Below, in pieces: positions 1 through 9,415 of a DNA stretch of 64,000 bases. A program made the position numbers and the translations under genes. The DNA comes from an uncultured Planctomycetia bacterium (GTDB lineage Bacteria > Omnitrophota > Gorgyraeia > Duberdicusellales > 4484-171). The notes under the pieces are model-generated. The model was not told where the DNA came from and ran no database searches. It saw only the letters and a list, made by a program, of their open reading frames with translations. Position 1 is the first letter of the stretch. Every line of letters begins with the position of its first letter. The stretch lies in NCBI GenBank assembly GCA_964629655.1, contig CAZVQU010000001.1, forward strand, positions 612,056 to 676,055. The letters run 5' to 3'.

Positions 1-683
1 ATGCTTCCAGGATTCAACAAGTCTCCTTTTCCTGAGAAGTAGTCAAGGGTAGGAAATTGCCCAAGAGCAGCTATGCAATTGTCTTGGAATCCCAGGCAGA
101 AATAAGTAGCCTTATTCTCTTTATGCCCTTCTTCATCAAAGGAAAGGGTTGGTTTAAGGAATATTCCATACTTATCTAGATGGATACGGTTGAGAAGACT
201 GCTTACATGGCGATGGTCTCTTAAGGTATTTTCACCTCTGCCATAAAGAGGAATTAGAGAAGTCGGGGTTATGTTGATACTTTTTGAGCCCCTGTTGGTT
301 ACCTTAACTGACATTACTTCAACTGCCAAGAGTGAGGGAACAAAATTTAAAATTTCTATATCCAGGGGGCCAGATTTTTTTGTTAGTTTATGATAAAGAA
401 AACCTGCTTCTAGCTTATCATTGTGAGGGTCGGATAGTCTTATTATCTTATTATTTGCCTTTATAAAGAATTCTCGGCGGCAGAGGAGGTTGTTCTTAAC
501 ATCAACTATGCTTGCTGGCGGGGTAAGAAAATGACTATTGTCAGTCTTTATGTCTCCTCCCAAATTAGGGCTTATTGAGCTTAAGAGAGTGCCATCTTTA
601 TTAGTGAGAGGAAAGTAGAGATTATAATCCTGGGGGGCCTCGACAGTAAAAGTCCCTTTGTTATCAATGAATTTATAGATCAT
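1..683 (-). CDS. Hypothetical protein, 5'-truncated by the window edge. The N-terminus weakly resembles the N-terminal domain of GH94-type glycoside phosphorylases.
   Basis: Reverse-strand ATG at 681-683 (cat on + strand) gives an open frame to position 1 with no stop (MIYKFIDNKGTFTVEAPQDYNLYFPLTNKDGTLLSSISPNLGGDIKTD...). The pattern F.D...Y.IT.P.TP...NYLGN / ISN.GGG is loosely matched by eye. It is absent from the ORF track because there is no stop in the window. Confidence 0.35.
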   Translation of the reverse strand, partial: MIYKFIDNKGTFTVEAPQDYNLYFPLTNKDGTLLSSISPNLGGDIKTDNSHFLTPPASIVDVKNNLLCRREFFIKANNKIIRLSDPHNDKLEAGFLYHKLTKKSGPLDIEILNFVPSLLAVEVMSVKVTNRGSKSINITPTSLIPLYGRGENTLRDHRHVSSLLNRIHLDKYGIFLKPTLSFDEEGHKENKATYFCLGFQDNCIAALGQFPTLDYFSGKGDLLNPGS

Positions 684-840
684 TTTTACCTTTAATATAC
701 CTGTATTATTGCATACTTATTGGAATATATTCTACAACAAAACTTAGGTTTTTCCCAAGTATTTTTTAAGCCATCAACGATTCGAGCCTAAGGGGCTTTA
801 AGTTGATTTTTAGATACATCCTGATATAATCTTAAACAGA

Positions 841-1971
841 ATGCGAAAAAGTATATTTTTTCTCCTAATTCTCCTAATTCTTCCGATATCTTCCTTTGCT
901 CAAAAAAAGGTAACTGCTACCCTATTCTACTCTACTCATTGTAAAGTCTGCCATGAGTTAAGAGAAGAATTCTTACCCCAAATAGAGGAAAAATATAAAG
1001 GGAGTCTGGATTGGCAGAAGTTTAATACTGCCGAGGATACCGACAGTTTAAGTTTGCTTATATCATTGAGCGAGCAATTTAATTTAAAACAAGCCCTGGT
1101 TCCCAGTATTCTGGTTGGCGATACTATTTTAGTCGGCAAAAAGGATATCGAGAATGGTCTGGAAGCAGCTATAAGAATAGCTCTAGAGACTAAAAAGAGT
1201 CCGTTATCTTTTCTAAGGACAGATGTAGTGGACTTTTTCAAGAAATTTTCTGTATTTACTGTAATCGGAAATGGTTTAATAGACGGAATAAATCCTTGTG
1301 CTTTTGCGGTAATTGTATTTTTCATATCATTCTTAGGTGTCTATGGCTACAAAAGGAGAGAGATAATTTATGTCGGAACGTTCTATTGCCTGGCAGTATT
1401 TATTACCTACCTTTTAATAGGCCTAGGTTTTTTTAACTTTTTCTACTCCCTTGAGCAGGTTTATTGGATTATAAAAGCTTTCTATTACTTCGTAGCTGCC
1501 TTCTGTTTTTTAATGGCCATAGCTGCCCTTTATGACTACTATAAATTCAAAAAGACTGGCCATTCCCAAGAGGCAATCCTGCAACTGCCAAAATTCTTAA
1601 GAAAAAGAATAAATATTGTTATTGGTTCAAGGATGCGGGAGAAAAAAGGCGGGATATGGGGCTTATGCATTAGCTCCTTTATCGTTGGCTTTCTGGTTTC
1701 TTTATTAGAGGCAGTATGCACAGGGCAGGTTTATCTTCCAACCATTGTTTTTATTTTGAAAAATACTAGCTTAAAGTTAAAGGCAGCTACCTATCTTTTT
1801 CTCTACAATTTCATGTTTATCCTTCCTTTAATAGTTATCTTTCTGCTTTCTTTGGCTGGGGTCAGTTCAGCAAAATTCAACAATTTCTTAAAGAAGAATA
1901 TAGGCCGGATAAAGATTTTAATGGCTTTGGTATTCTTCTGTTTGGGTTTTTTTATATTAGTTTTAAGTTAA
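841..1971 (+). CDS. Thiol:disulfide interchange protein. An N-terminal thioredoxin-like domain is fused to a CcdA/DsbD-type transmembrane domain.
   Basis: Signal peptide, then a CxxC motif (HCKVCH) in a Trx-like fold. This is followed by a polytopic membrane domain carrying the two conserved CcdA cysteines (INPCAF in TM1 and CTGQVY later). Confidence 0.65.
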   Translation: MRKSIFFLLILLILPISSFAQKKVTATLFYSTHCKVCHELREEFLPQIEEKYKGSLDWQKFNTAEDTDSLSLLISLSEQFNLKQALVPSILVGDTILVGKKDIENGLEAAIRIALETKKSPLSFLRTDVVDFFKKFSVFTVIGNGLIDGINPCAFAVIVFFISFLGVYGYKRREIIYVGTFYCLAVFITYLLIGLGFFNFFYSLEQVYWIIKAFYYFVAAFCFLMAIAALYDYYKFKKTGHSQEAILQLPKFLRKRINIVIGSRMREKKGGIWGLCISSFIVGFLVSLLEAVCTGQVYLPTIVFILKNTSLKLKAATYLFLYNFMFILPLIVIFLLSLAGVSSAKFNNFLKKNIGRIKILMALVFFCLGFFILVLS

Positions 1972-1981
1972 ACTTCCCCTG

Positions 1982-3244
1982 ATGAATCTACCTTATTTAG
2001 TCTTTTCTGATAAAAAAGGAAAAATCTATCACCATCCTTATCTAAGGATGAGTGTTTCCTCTTTAGAAAAAGTCAGCCTGCCTAAGGAAACCGAGCTAAT
2101 TAGATTACCTGCAGGAAGTACCCTTTTTTATCTTCCCGAGCGCCAGACGATAGGCTTTAACCCAAAGAAGCAACAGTTCGAAGTATTAGATAAGTTTAAA
2201 GGCAGAGAGGTCTTTGCAGTCTCGGCATTTCCTATTCCGGCATTCTTGCGATTACATAACCCAGCTTGTATAACTACCAGTGCAAAGAAGATACTTCCCC
2301 TTTGGGCTTATGCAGCTTGCGGTTATTACAGGGGTAATTTCTATATAACGGCCAAGAGAATAGATAGAAGAGTTCGCCAGAGCCCCCGGTTCTACGACAA
2401 TAAGTTAATTGGTGAGAGGGTGAGAGCCTTCCTCAGAAAGTATCCCGACAGTCGTCTTTATAGGCATTTGGCTAATTGTGCCCTTAATTATAATTGTTTA
2501 GCAGCAAAGAATCTTTTTCTTCAAAGATGGGAAGCACCTCTGCCTACAGCAAGGTCTTGCAATGCCCGGTGTATTGGTTGTCTTAGCCATCAAGAGTCAG
2601 ATTGTGCATCGTCACATCAGAGAATAAGTTTTAGGCCCAGGGTAGATGAGGTATCGGAAGTCATGGCTAATCATTTGAAAGTAGCACCAGAAGCAATAGT
2701 TAGTTTTGGCCAAGGTTGCGAAGGAGAGCCTCTGCTTGAGAGCGACTTAATCACCAAGAGCATAATAAAGGTAAGAGAGAGCGTCGGCAGAGGTACTATA
2801 AATATAAATACAAATGCTAGTGTTCCCAAAAAAATAGAGATGCTTTGCCGGGCCGGTATGGATTCTTTTCGGGTTAGCCTAAACAGCCCCGATGAGAAAC
2901 TCTACAATCTCTACTTTCGGCCCAAAGGCTATAAGTTTTCAGATCTGGTAAAATCAATAGCAATAGCTAAGAAGTATAAGAAGTTTGTTTCAATAAATTT
3001 ATTTACCTTCCCGGGACTTTCTGATTCGTCCCAGCAGATAAAGTCTTTGGTCAAATTCGTAAAAAATACCGGCATTGATATGATTCAGTGGCGTAACTTA
3101 AATATAGATCCCAACTATTACCTAAAGCATATTCCACACAGGAGACTAAACCCTCAGGGAGTCCTTTGCCTCCTGGATACGATAAAGAGGGAATTCCCTA
3201 GCCTAAAGCATGGCTATTTTAACCTCCCCAAAGAGAGTTTCTGA
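1982..3244 (+). CDS. Radical SAM domain protein with an N-terminal extension of about 150 aa of unknown function
   Basis: CNARCIGC (CxxxCxxC) radical-SAM cluster motif in the middle of the protein. Downstream there is a TIM-barrel-like G-rich region (FGQGCEGEPLL). The start is 11 nt after the preceding gene. Confidence 0.6.
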   Translation: MNLPYLVFSDKKGKIYHHPYLRMSVSSLEKVSLPKETELIRLPAGSTLFYLPERQTIGFNPKKQQFEVLDKFKGREVFAVSAFPIPAFLRLHNPACITTSAKKILPLWAYAACGYYRGNFYITAKRIDRRVRQSPRFYDNKLIGERVRAFLRKYPDSRLYRHLANCALNYNCLAAKNLFLQRWEAPLPTARSCNARCIGCLSHQESDCASSHQRISFRPRVDEVSEVMANHLKVAPEAIVSFGQGCEGEPLLESDLITKSIIKVRESVGRGTININTNASVPKKIEMLCRAGMDSFRVSLNSPDEKLYNLYFRPKGYKFSDLVKSIAIAKKYKKFVSINLFTFPGLSDSSQQIKSLVKFVKNTGIDMIQWRNLNIDPNYYLKHIPHRRLNPQGVLCLLDTIKREFPSLKHGYFNLPKESF

Positions 3245-3283
3245 CCCTTCTAATCTCCCTCTAAAAAATTTTTATTTTTCTCC

Positions 3284-3311
3284 TTGACAAGAGGAAAATG
3301 CGTGGTATATT
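3284..3311 (+). promoter_or_regulatory. Sigma70-like promoter for the sulfur/siroheme operon
   Basis: TTGACA at 3284-3289, a 16-nt spacer, then an extended -10 TGgTATATT ending at 3311. Confidence 0.4.
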
Positions 3312-3438
3312 CTAATTACTAGGGAAGCAATAGAAATAGTAGTAATTGATAAATGGTAATGTTCTGGGGGCTTATTGGGTCTCTATTTTTTTAAAGATAT
3401 TCACTATTAATCTGATAGAAAAGGTAGTATTAATACAT

Positions 3439-3660
3439 ATGGAACATCCTAAAAGATCAGCGGTAAAGGCTTTAACCTGGCGGATTATAGCATTTCTGGT
3501 GACTATAATTGCCGTCTATATCTATAGCCGAGATGTTAAGGAAGCTCTTGTTATAGGAATAAGCGCTAACTTTGTAAAAATATTTTTATATTACATCCAT
3601 GAAAGAATTTGGAATAGAGTTAAATTTGGCAGGGTAAAGATTCCAGAGTATCAGATTTAA
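3439..3660 (+). CDS. DUF2061-family small membrane protein. The ORF track begins at 3346; the ATG at 3439 is the more likely start.
   Basis: KALTWRIIAF...YIHERIWN matches the DUF2061 core, and there are two hydrophobic helices. This family characteristically sits beside PAPS/APS reductase genes. Confidence 0.5.
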   Translation: MEHPKRSAVKALTWRIIAFLVTIIAVYIYSRDVKEALVIGISANFVKIFLYYIHERIWNRVKFGRVKIPEYQI

Positions 3661-3692
3661 AGTTTATTACACAAAGAAAGAGGAGGTTTGAG

Positions 3693-4403
3693 ATGAGTCT
3701 ATTAGGTAAGAGAGAAGACCTAAAAATATTGGTTGAAAAGTTGAATTTTAAGGAGAAGGTTGAGCGTTCCTTAGCCCTTATTGAGGAGGCTTACCAGAAG
3801 TATCGAAATGGTTTAGTTGTCGCTAACAGTCTGGGCAAGGATTCAGTTGTAGTTTGGGATCTCGCCAAGCGGGTTAATCCAAAAATACCGGGGTTCATAG
3901 TAACTACAAGATTTAAACCCAAAGAGACCATCCAATTCATGGATGAAGAGGTAGCAAGATATCCGGAATTAAAGGTGTACAAGAATGATATTGAAATACC
4001 TGATAAGTTGTATGAGACCGATCCCGACCGGTGTTGTGATTTATTAAAGGTCGAACCAGTAAAGCGTGCAGTAGAAGAGTTAAAGGTTACTTGTTGGGTT
4101 ACCGGCCTGCGCTGTACAGAAGGCCGTACCCGTACAGATTATGGAGAGGTTGAAGAGAGGGACAAGGGGTTGATTAAACTGAATCCAATTCTTATTTGGA
4201 AAGAGAGAGAAGTATGGCAGTATTTAGCTCTTTATGGAGTTAAGGTAAATCCTTTGTATGGTGAGGGGTATAGGTCTTTAGGCTGTCAACCCTGCACTAA
4301 GATTACCAATGATGATAACGAGCGGGCTGGACGCTGGATAGGTACTAGTAAGTGTGGCGGAGAGTGTGGAATTCACACTCGGCCTTTAAAGGCAGAAAAG
4401 TAG
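3693..4403 (+). CDS. cysH: Phosphoadenylyl-sulfate / adenylyl-sulfate reductase (thioredoxin-dependent, Fe-S type)
   Basis: PP-loop SLGKDSVV, a CC...CxxC cysteine set (DRCCDLL and GCQPCT) typical of [4Fe-4S] APS reductases, and a C-terminal ECGIH motif. The RBS is AGGAGG. Confidence 0.8.
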   Translation: MSLLGKREDLKILVEKLNFKEKVERSLALIEEAYQKYRNGLVVANSLGKDSVVVWDLAKRVNPKIPGFIVTTRFKPKETIQFMDEEVARYPELKVYKNDIEIPDKLYETDPDRCCDLLKVEPVKRAVEELKVTCWVTGLRCTEGRTRTDYGEVEERDKGLIKLNPILIWKEREVWQYLALYGVKVNPLYGEGYRSLGCQPCTKITNDDNERAGRWIGTSKCGGECGIHTRPLKAEK

Positions 4404-4417
4404 GCAGGGAGGGGGAG

Positions 4418-4891
4418 ATGGATTACCTTCCGATTGCAATAAACCTAAGGAATAAGCGAGTAATCGTGGTTGGCGGCGGAGGAGTTGCTCAGCGTAAGAT
4501 TAAGACTCTTCTGGATGCTAAGGCTTTAGTGGTTATCATCGCCCCAGAGGTAACCTCTAGAATCAGGTTGTTAATCAATAAAGGAACTATTAACTGGAAG
4601 AGCCGCAGAGTACAGGAGTCGGACATAAGAGAGGCTAAGCTGGTTGTCGCTGCTACTGATAGTGAAGAGGTCAACAAAGATATAAGCCGCTGGGCTAGGC
4701 AGTCTAAGATTTTAGTTAACGTTGCCGACAGACAACTAATCAGTGATTTTATTTCACCGGCTCTTTTGCAGCAGCATAAGGCACTTATTGCTGTGTATAC
4801 CGACGGTAGGGACCCGGTGCTCTCGAGAGATCTAAAGAATTATCTGAAGGAGAAGTGGGATGATTTTTTATTGTTTAGGAATAGATCATAA
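4418..4891 (+). CDS. sirC: Precorrin-2 dehydrogenase / sirohydrochlorin ferrochelatase (the siroheme synthase N-terminal-type domain). The track start at 4352 is probably too early.
   Basis: Rossmann motif VIVVGGGGVAQRK near the N-terminus, as in CysG-N and SirC. A GAGGGGGAG RBS sits before the ATG at 4418. Confidence 0.7.
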   Translation: MDYLPIAINLRNKRVIVVGGGGVAQRKIKTLLDAKALVVIIAPEVTSRIRLLINKGTINWKSRRVQESDIREAKLVVAATDSEEVNKDISRWARQSKILVNVADRQLISDFISPALLQQHKALIAVYTDGRDPVLSRDLKNYLKEKWDDFLLFRNRS

Positions 4892-5879
4892 AAGGACAAA
4901 ATTAGAGGTTCGAGAAGTAGTCTCGAGGAAGCGAGATTTAATAGCTCGTTTTTGGCAGAGTCTTAATCAAGCCTCGGCAGTACTGTTTACTTGTAATAGG
5001 GCTGAGTTGTACGGCGTTGCCCCAAACCCGTCCTCTATGGCTAGTGCTGTTAATGCCTTAAGAAGAGAATTCCCAATTCTTTTTAGAGATGCTTATTTAA
5101 GGCAGGGTAAGGAAAGAGTGATTAGGCATGCTTTGGAATTAGCTTCTGGTTTGCATTCGCAAATTCTAGGCGAGCCCCAGATACATCAACAGTTGAGTTC
5201 TTGGGTAAGGCAGAGTTCAGTTTCTCAAGTAATTAAAGATCTCTGGGTTAAGGTTTTGCCCTTGGCCCAGGATATAAGAGCCAAGTTAGGCTTAAGCGCA
5301 GAGGAGACCGACATTGCTGACATTGTCTTAGGTGATTTAGCTTATCATTGTTCGGCTAAACCAAAAGAAATTGTAGTGGTGGGTACCGGTAAGATTGCCG
5401 GGCTTATCGCTGAGGGGAGAATACCCGGGGTTAACTTATGCTTTGTTTCTCGGAAAAGGGAGAGTAAGGCAAAACAACTAGCCAAAGCCTCAGGCGGGAG
5501 AGCTATTTTGTTTGATGATTTGCTTGATGTCCTTACTTCTGCTGATAGCCTAATAAGTGCAACAACTAGCCCTCATTATATATTAGCAAGAGAAGAGCTT
5601 CTAAAAGTTGTTAAAAGGAGAGATAAACTTCTTTATATCTACGATTTGGCCGTGCCTAGAGATATTGAGCCTAAGATAAGAGATATTCAAGGAGTTTCAT
5701 TGCAAAACCTCGATGATTTGGATCTCCTTTTTAAAGAACATAAGAGAAAATTAAGGCATTGTGTCCGGCAAACAGAGCCCCTTATCGAAGAATCAATAAG
5801 AACTATTGAGGAGGAATTTTATGAATCTTCTTATCAGGGCCGGCACCAGGCCGAGCTCATTAGCCTTAAGGCAGGCTGA
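4860..5879 (+). CDS. hemA: Glutamyl-tRNA reductase. It is short: the usual C-terminal dimerisation region is reduced.
   Basis: N-terminal LGIDHKRTKLEVRE (the HemA catalytic motif) and a central NAD(P)-binding VVGTGKIAGL. Confidence 0.8.
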   Translation: MIFYCLGIDHKRTKLEVREVVSRKRDLIARFWQSLNQASAVLFTCNRAELYGVAPNPSSMASAVNALRREFPILFRDAYLRQGKERVIRHALELASGLHSQILGEPQIHQQLSSWVRQSSVSQVIKDLWVKVLPLAQDIRAKLGLSAEETDIADIVLGDLAYHCSAKPKEIVVVGTGKIAGLIAEGRIPGVNLCFVSRKRESKAKQLAKASGGRAILFDDLLDVLTSADSLISATTSPHYILAREELLKVVKRRDKLLYIYDLAVPRDIEPKIRDIQGVSLQNLDDLDLLFKEHKRKLRHCVRQTEPLIEESIRTIEEEFYESSYQGRHQAELISLKAG

Positions 5880-6474
5880 AGAGATTGAACAACGCTTTAA
5901 GGATATTAGCTTTGTTCGGGTTACGATTGAGACAAAAGGGGATAAAGATAAGATAACTTCCTTAACTTTAAGAGAGAATAGTAATTTCTTTACCGATGAG
6001 CTCGAAGAAGCTCTATTAAATAAGGAAATCGATATTGCTATACATAGTGCCAAAGATTTAGAAGAGGATATTCGGCCAGAGTTAATCATAGCGGCAACCA
6101 CTAAGTCGATAAATGAATTTGACTGTTTAGTCTCTCGGGGAAACTTCACCTTGGGTACGCTTCCGGTAAACTCAAAAGTTGGCACCAGTAGTATTAACAG
6201 GCGTAAGGGAATAATAAATTACCGTAACGATTTAATTTGCAAGGATATACGCGGCAACATTGAGGAAAGATTAGCCCAATTAGACCGGGGTGATTTTGAT
6301 GCCATTGTGGTTGCCCAGGCAGCTTTGATAAGATTAGGTTTAGAAGCTTTAAAGTTTCATATTATCCCTTTTGAGATTATTAGACCTCATCCTTTGCAAG
6401 GCCGGCTAGCAATACAGATTTTAAAAGAGAGAGAAGATTTAGCTAATATTTTTAAAGAGTTAGATGGTAAATAA
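5821..6474 (+). CDS. hemC: Porphobilinogen deaminase, domains 1-2 only; the cofactor-binding domain 3 is missing (see findings)
   Basis: IRAGTRPSSLALRQA matches the HemC N-terminus, and the end of domain 1/2 (PLQGRLAIQ) is recognisable. There is an RBS GAGGAGG before the ATG at 5821. The track start at 5806 lies inside hemA. Confidence 0.7.
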   Translation: MNLLIRAGTRPSSLALRQAEEIEQRFKDISFVRVTIETKGDKDKITSLTLRENSNFFTDELEEALLNKEIDIAIHSAKDLEEDIRPELIIAATTKSINEFDCLVSRGNFTLGTLPVNSKVGTSSINRRKGIINYRNDLICKDIRGNIEERLAQLDRGDFDAIVVAQAALIRLGLEALKFHIIPFEIIRPHPLQGRLAIQILKEREDLANIFKELDGK

Positions 6475-7219
6475 AAAAGGTAAAGTATATATAGTAGGGG
6501 CAGGTCCGGGGGACCCGGAATTAATCAGTTTGAAAGGATTAAAAGCTTTAATGCGTGCTGACTGTCTGCTTTATGACTTTCTCTCAGCCCCGGAGTTACT
6601 AGGAGAGGCTAAGTCTTCTTGTGAGAAGATCTGTGTTGGGAAGGCTGATCGATTGCATTTAAAAGAGCAAGACCAGATAAACAAATTGCTATACGAGAAG
6701 TCTCTTGTCTTTGAAAATGTAGTTCGCCTTAAGGGCGGAGATCCGTTCATTTTTAGCCGTGGACACGAAGAGGCAAGATATCTTATTGGTAAGGGTGTAG
6801 AAGTTGAAGTTATTCCCGGGATAACTTCAGCTATCGCCGCAGCCGAAAGCTTTGGCATACCTTTGACTATTAAGAATCGGATATCATCAGTAGCTATACT
6901 AACCGGCAGGAAGAAAGATCCTAAGGCCAAGATTGACGCTCCCTGTTGCGGTACACTTATCTATCTAATGGCTGTTGCTAATATAGCTAATGTTGTTAAA
7001 GCTTTACGCCGGAGTAAAAGAAGCGAGGATACTCCTTGTGCTTTTATAGAGAAAGCAAGCAGAAAGGACTCTCGAGCTGTTTTTGCAACTATTAAGACTA
7101 TAGAGAAAAAGGCTCATAAGTTTAATGTTCGACCGCCAGCAGTGCTAGTTGTCGGCGAAGTGGTAAAAAGGGGTAAGAGAATTCAAGATGAAGGCTCTAG
7201 AGGAAATAAGACTCAATAA
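6464..7219 (+). CDS. cobA: Uroporphyrinogen-III C-methyltransferase (SUMT)
   Basis: VYIVGAGPGDPELISLKGL SAM-binding motif and the tetrapyrrole methylase fold. There is no fused HemD domain. Confidence 0.85.
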   Translation: MVNKKGKVYIVGAGPGDPELISLKGLKALMRADCLLYDFLSAPELLGEAKSSCEKICVGKADRLHLKEQDQINKLLYEKSLVFENVVRLKGGDPFIFSRGHEEARYLIGKGVEVEVIPGITSAIAAAESFGIPLTIKNRISSVAILTGRKKDPKAKIDAPCCGTLIYLMAVANIANVVKALRRSKRSEDTPCAFIEKASRKDSRAVFATIKTIEKKAHKFNVRPPAVLVVGEVVKRGKRIQDEGSRGNKTQ

Positions 7220-8135
7220 GTGGAAGAGTATCTCAGTTAGGAAGCTGATTTACCCTTTGTTTGTAAGGGAGGGTAGAGGAGTGATTGAAGAAATTTCTTC
7301 TATGCCCGGGGTCTATAGATTTTCCCCAGATACTTTAATTAGTGAAGTAGCAAACCTTGAGAAACTAGGCCTTGAATATCTATTGATTTTTGGAATACCT
7401 GAGAATAAAGATTGGCAAGGAAGTTCTGCTCTCAAGAATAGTAATGTTGTCAGTGAGTCAGTACGATTAGTAAAGAAGTGTTTTCCTCAAATTAAAGTCA
7501 TTACTGATATATGCTTATGCGCGTATACTTCTCATGGGCATTGTGGAGTTATCAGAGATGGAGCCAGGGAGATAGATAGTCAGGCTACTCTAGGAGCTAT
7601 CTCTGAGATGGCTTTGTTACATGCTCAAGTCGGCGCAGATTACGTTGCTCCTTCTGCTATGGCTAATACTCAAGTGCAGGCCATAAGGAGAACTTTAGAT
7701 AGCCAAGGTTATCAATATACCAAAATTATGGGATATTCAGCTAAGTTTGCTTCTAATTTTTATGGTCCGTTCAGAGATGTTGCTGACTCAGCTCCTCGGT
7801 TTGGCAACCGGCATGGATACCAGCTTAATTATAGCGATAGCAAAGCTGCACTGTCTAAGGTTGAACAAGATATAAAGGAGGGGGCAGATATTGTTATGGT
7901 GAAGCCGGCTCTTGGATATTTGGATATAGTGAAGAAAGTTAAGAGTGAATTTAGCTATCCTTTGGCAGTTTACAATGTAAGCGGAGAGTATGCTATGGTT
8001 AAGGCTGGAGCTGGGGTCGGGTCTTGGGATGAAAAAGAGATGGTGTTTGAGATTATAAGTTCAATAAAACGGGCTGGTGCAGATTTTATTATTACCTACC
8101 ATGCAAAAGATATAGCGGGATGGTTGAGGAAATAG
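7188..8135 (+). CDS. hemB: Porphobilinogen synthase (ALA dehydratase), zinc type
   Basis: Cys-rich zinc site DICLCAYTSHGHCG and an active-site Lys region. Confidence 0.85.
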   Translation: MKALEEIRLNKWKSISVRKLIYPLFVREGRGVIEEISSMPGVYRFSPDTLISEVANLEKLGLEYLLIFGIPENKDWQGSSALKNSNVVSESVRLVKKCFPQIKVITDICLCAYTSHGHCGVIRDGAREIDSQATLGAISEMALLHAQVGADYVAPSAMANTQVQAIRRTLDSQGYQYTKIMGYSAKFASNFYGPFRDVADSAPRFGNRHGYQLNYSDSKAALSKVEQDIKEGADIVMVKPALGYLDIVKKVKSEFSYPLAVYNVSGEYAMVKAGAGVGSWDEKEMVFEIISSIKRAGADFIITYHAKDIAGWLRK

Positions 8136-8137
8136 GG

Positions 8138-9397
8138 ATGAAAAGAGATACAAAGAATAGAGCACTTTTTGACCGGGCTAAGGAACATCTAGTTGGTGGG
8201 GTAAATAGTCCGGTGCGTTCGTTTAACTATATTGGTGCAGAGCCAATATTAATTAAACAAGGCAAAGGCTCTAGAGTTTTCGACTATGACCGAAATAGTT
8301 ATATTGATTATGTTCTTTCGTTCGGGGCTTTATTCTTAGGCCATGCTCATAAAAGAGTTGTCAAAAGCATAAGGAGAAGAGCAAAAAAAGGCTTTGGATT
8401 TGGGGCTACGAGTTTTGAGGAGATAGAACTGGCAAGATTAATTAGTGAAGCGATTCCAGTTTTGGAGAAAATCCGTTTTGTTAATTCTGGGACTGAAAGT
8501 CTGATGAGTGCAATTCGTTTGGCAAGAGGTTATACCGGCAGAGAAAAAATAGTAAAATTTAACAATGCCTATCACGGACATGCTGATTACCTTTTAACTA
8601 AAGGTGGGTCAGGCTTAGCTACCTTAAATATATCTAGTAGTCAGGGTGTACCCGATGATTTTATAAAACATACAATTGTGTTAGATTGCGCCGATAAGGC
8701 TTTGATAAAGGAGACATTTCAAAAACATGCTCAAGATATAGCCGCAGTCGTTATAGAACCAATAGGCGGAAATTACGGGGTGGTTAGGCCTGATAAAGGT
8801 TTTCTTCAATATTTAAGAGAGATCACCCAAAGATATAAAGCCCTACTCATATTTGATGAGGTTATTACAGGTTTTAGATTTAGATTTGGCTCGGTAGCAG
8901 AAATTTTTGGGGTTTGTCCGGATTTAATTTGTTTGGGGAAGATTATTGGCGGAGGATTACCAATAGGTGCTTTTGGCGGCAAGAGAAACATTATGGATAA
9001 ACTCGCTCCCCTAGGAGAAGTCTACCAAGCATCAACCTTTGCTGGAAATCCGATTGTGATGAAAGCAGGATTTGCTACTCTGAGTGCATTGGCATCGCTT
9101 AAGGATAGGTATAGCTTAGTAGAGCAATTGGCCGGCGAACTCGTATATAGCTTTAAGCAAGTAGCTAAACACCACAATATTGATTTAACAATATCTAGTT
9201 ATCGGACAATGTTCAGCTTAAAGTTTAAACAAAAGAATAAATTCCGTTTGTTTTACAAGAGAATGCTTGAAGAAGGAGTCTATCTTGCTCCTTCGGAATT
9301 TGAGGCGAACTTTTTGTCTTTCGCACACACCAAGAGAGATGTCGAGGAGACAAAACAGGCGGCTAGGAGAGCCTTTAAGAGTATAAGTATATATTAG
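8138..9397 (+). CDS. hemL: Glutamate-1-semialdehyde 2,1-aminomutase
   Basis: LVGGVNSPVRSF N-terminal motif and a class-III aminotransferase fold. The ATG at 8138 is preferred over the track start at 8120. Confidence 0.85.
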   Translation: MKRDTKNRALFDRAKEHLVGGVNSPVRSFNYIGAEPILIKQGKGSRVFDYDRNSYIDYVLSFGALFLGHAHKRVVKSIRRRAKKGFGFGATSFEEIELARLISEAIPVLEKIRFVNSGTESLMSAIRLARGYTGREKIVKFNNAYHGHADYLLTKGGSGLATLNISSSQGVPDDFIKHTIVLDCADKALIKETFQKHAQDIAAVVIEPIGGNYGVVRPDKGFLQYLREITQRYKALLIFDEVITGFRFRFGSVAEIFGVCPDLICLGKIIGGGLPIGAFGGKRNIMDKLAPLGEVYQASTFAGNPIVMKAGFATLSALASLKDRYSLVEQLAGELVYSFKQVAKHHNIDLTISSYRTMFSLKFKQKNKFRLFYKRMLEEGVYLAPSEFEANFLSFAHTKRDVEETKQAARRAFKSISIY

Positions 9398-9415
9398 GTA
9401 AAGAGAGAGGATGAG

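Noticed and set aside
936-1325. Antisense or alternative-frame ORFs from the six-frame track that lie wholly inside strong coding genes. Examples are 936-1325(-), 1539-1721(-), 3791-3982(-), 4489-4677(-), 5793-6185(-), 6571-6930(-), 11982-12458(-), 17975-18199(+), 22441-22686(+), 23670-24164(-), 37508-37756(+), 39042-39245(+), 40443-40655(+), 43641-43955(-), 53689-53970(-) and 59508-59858(-).
   Set aside because: They overlap well-supported genes with recognisable domains, lack RBS signals, and have low-complexity translations typical of shadow ORFs.
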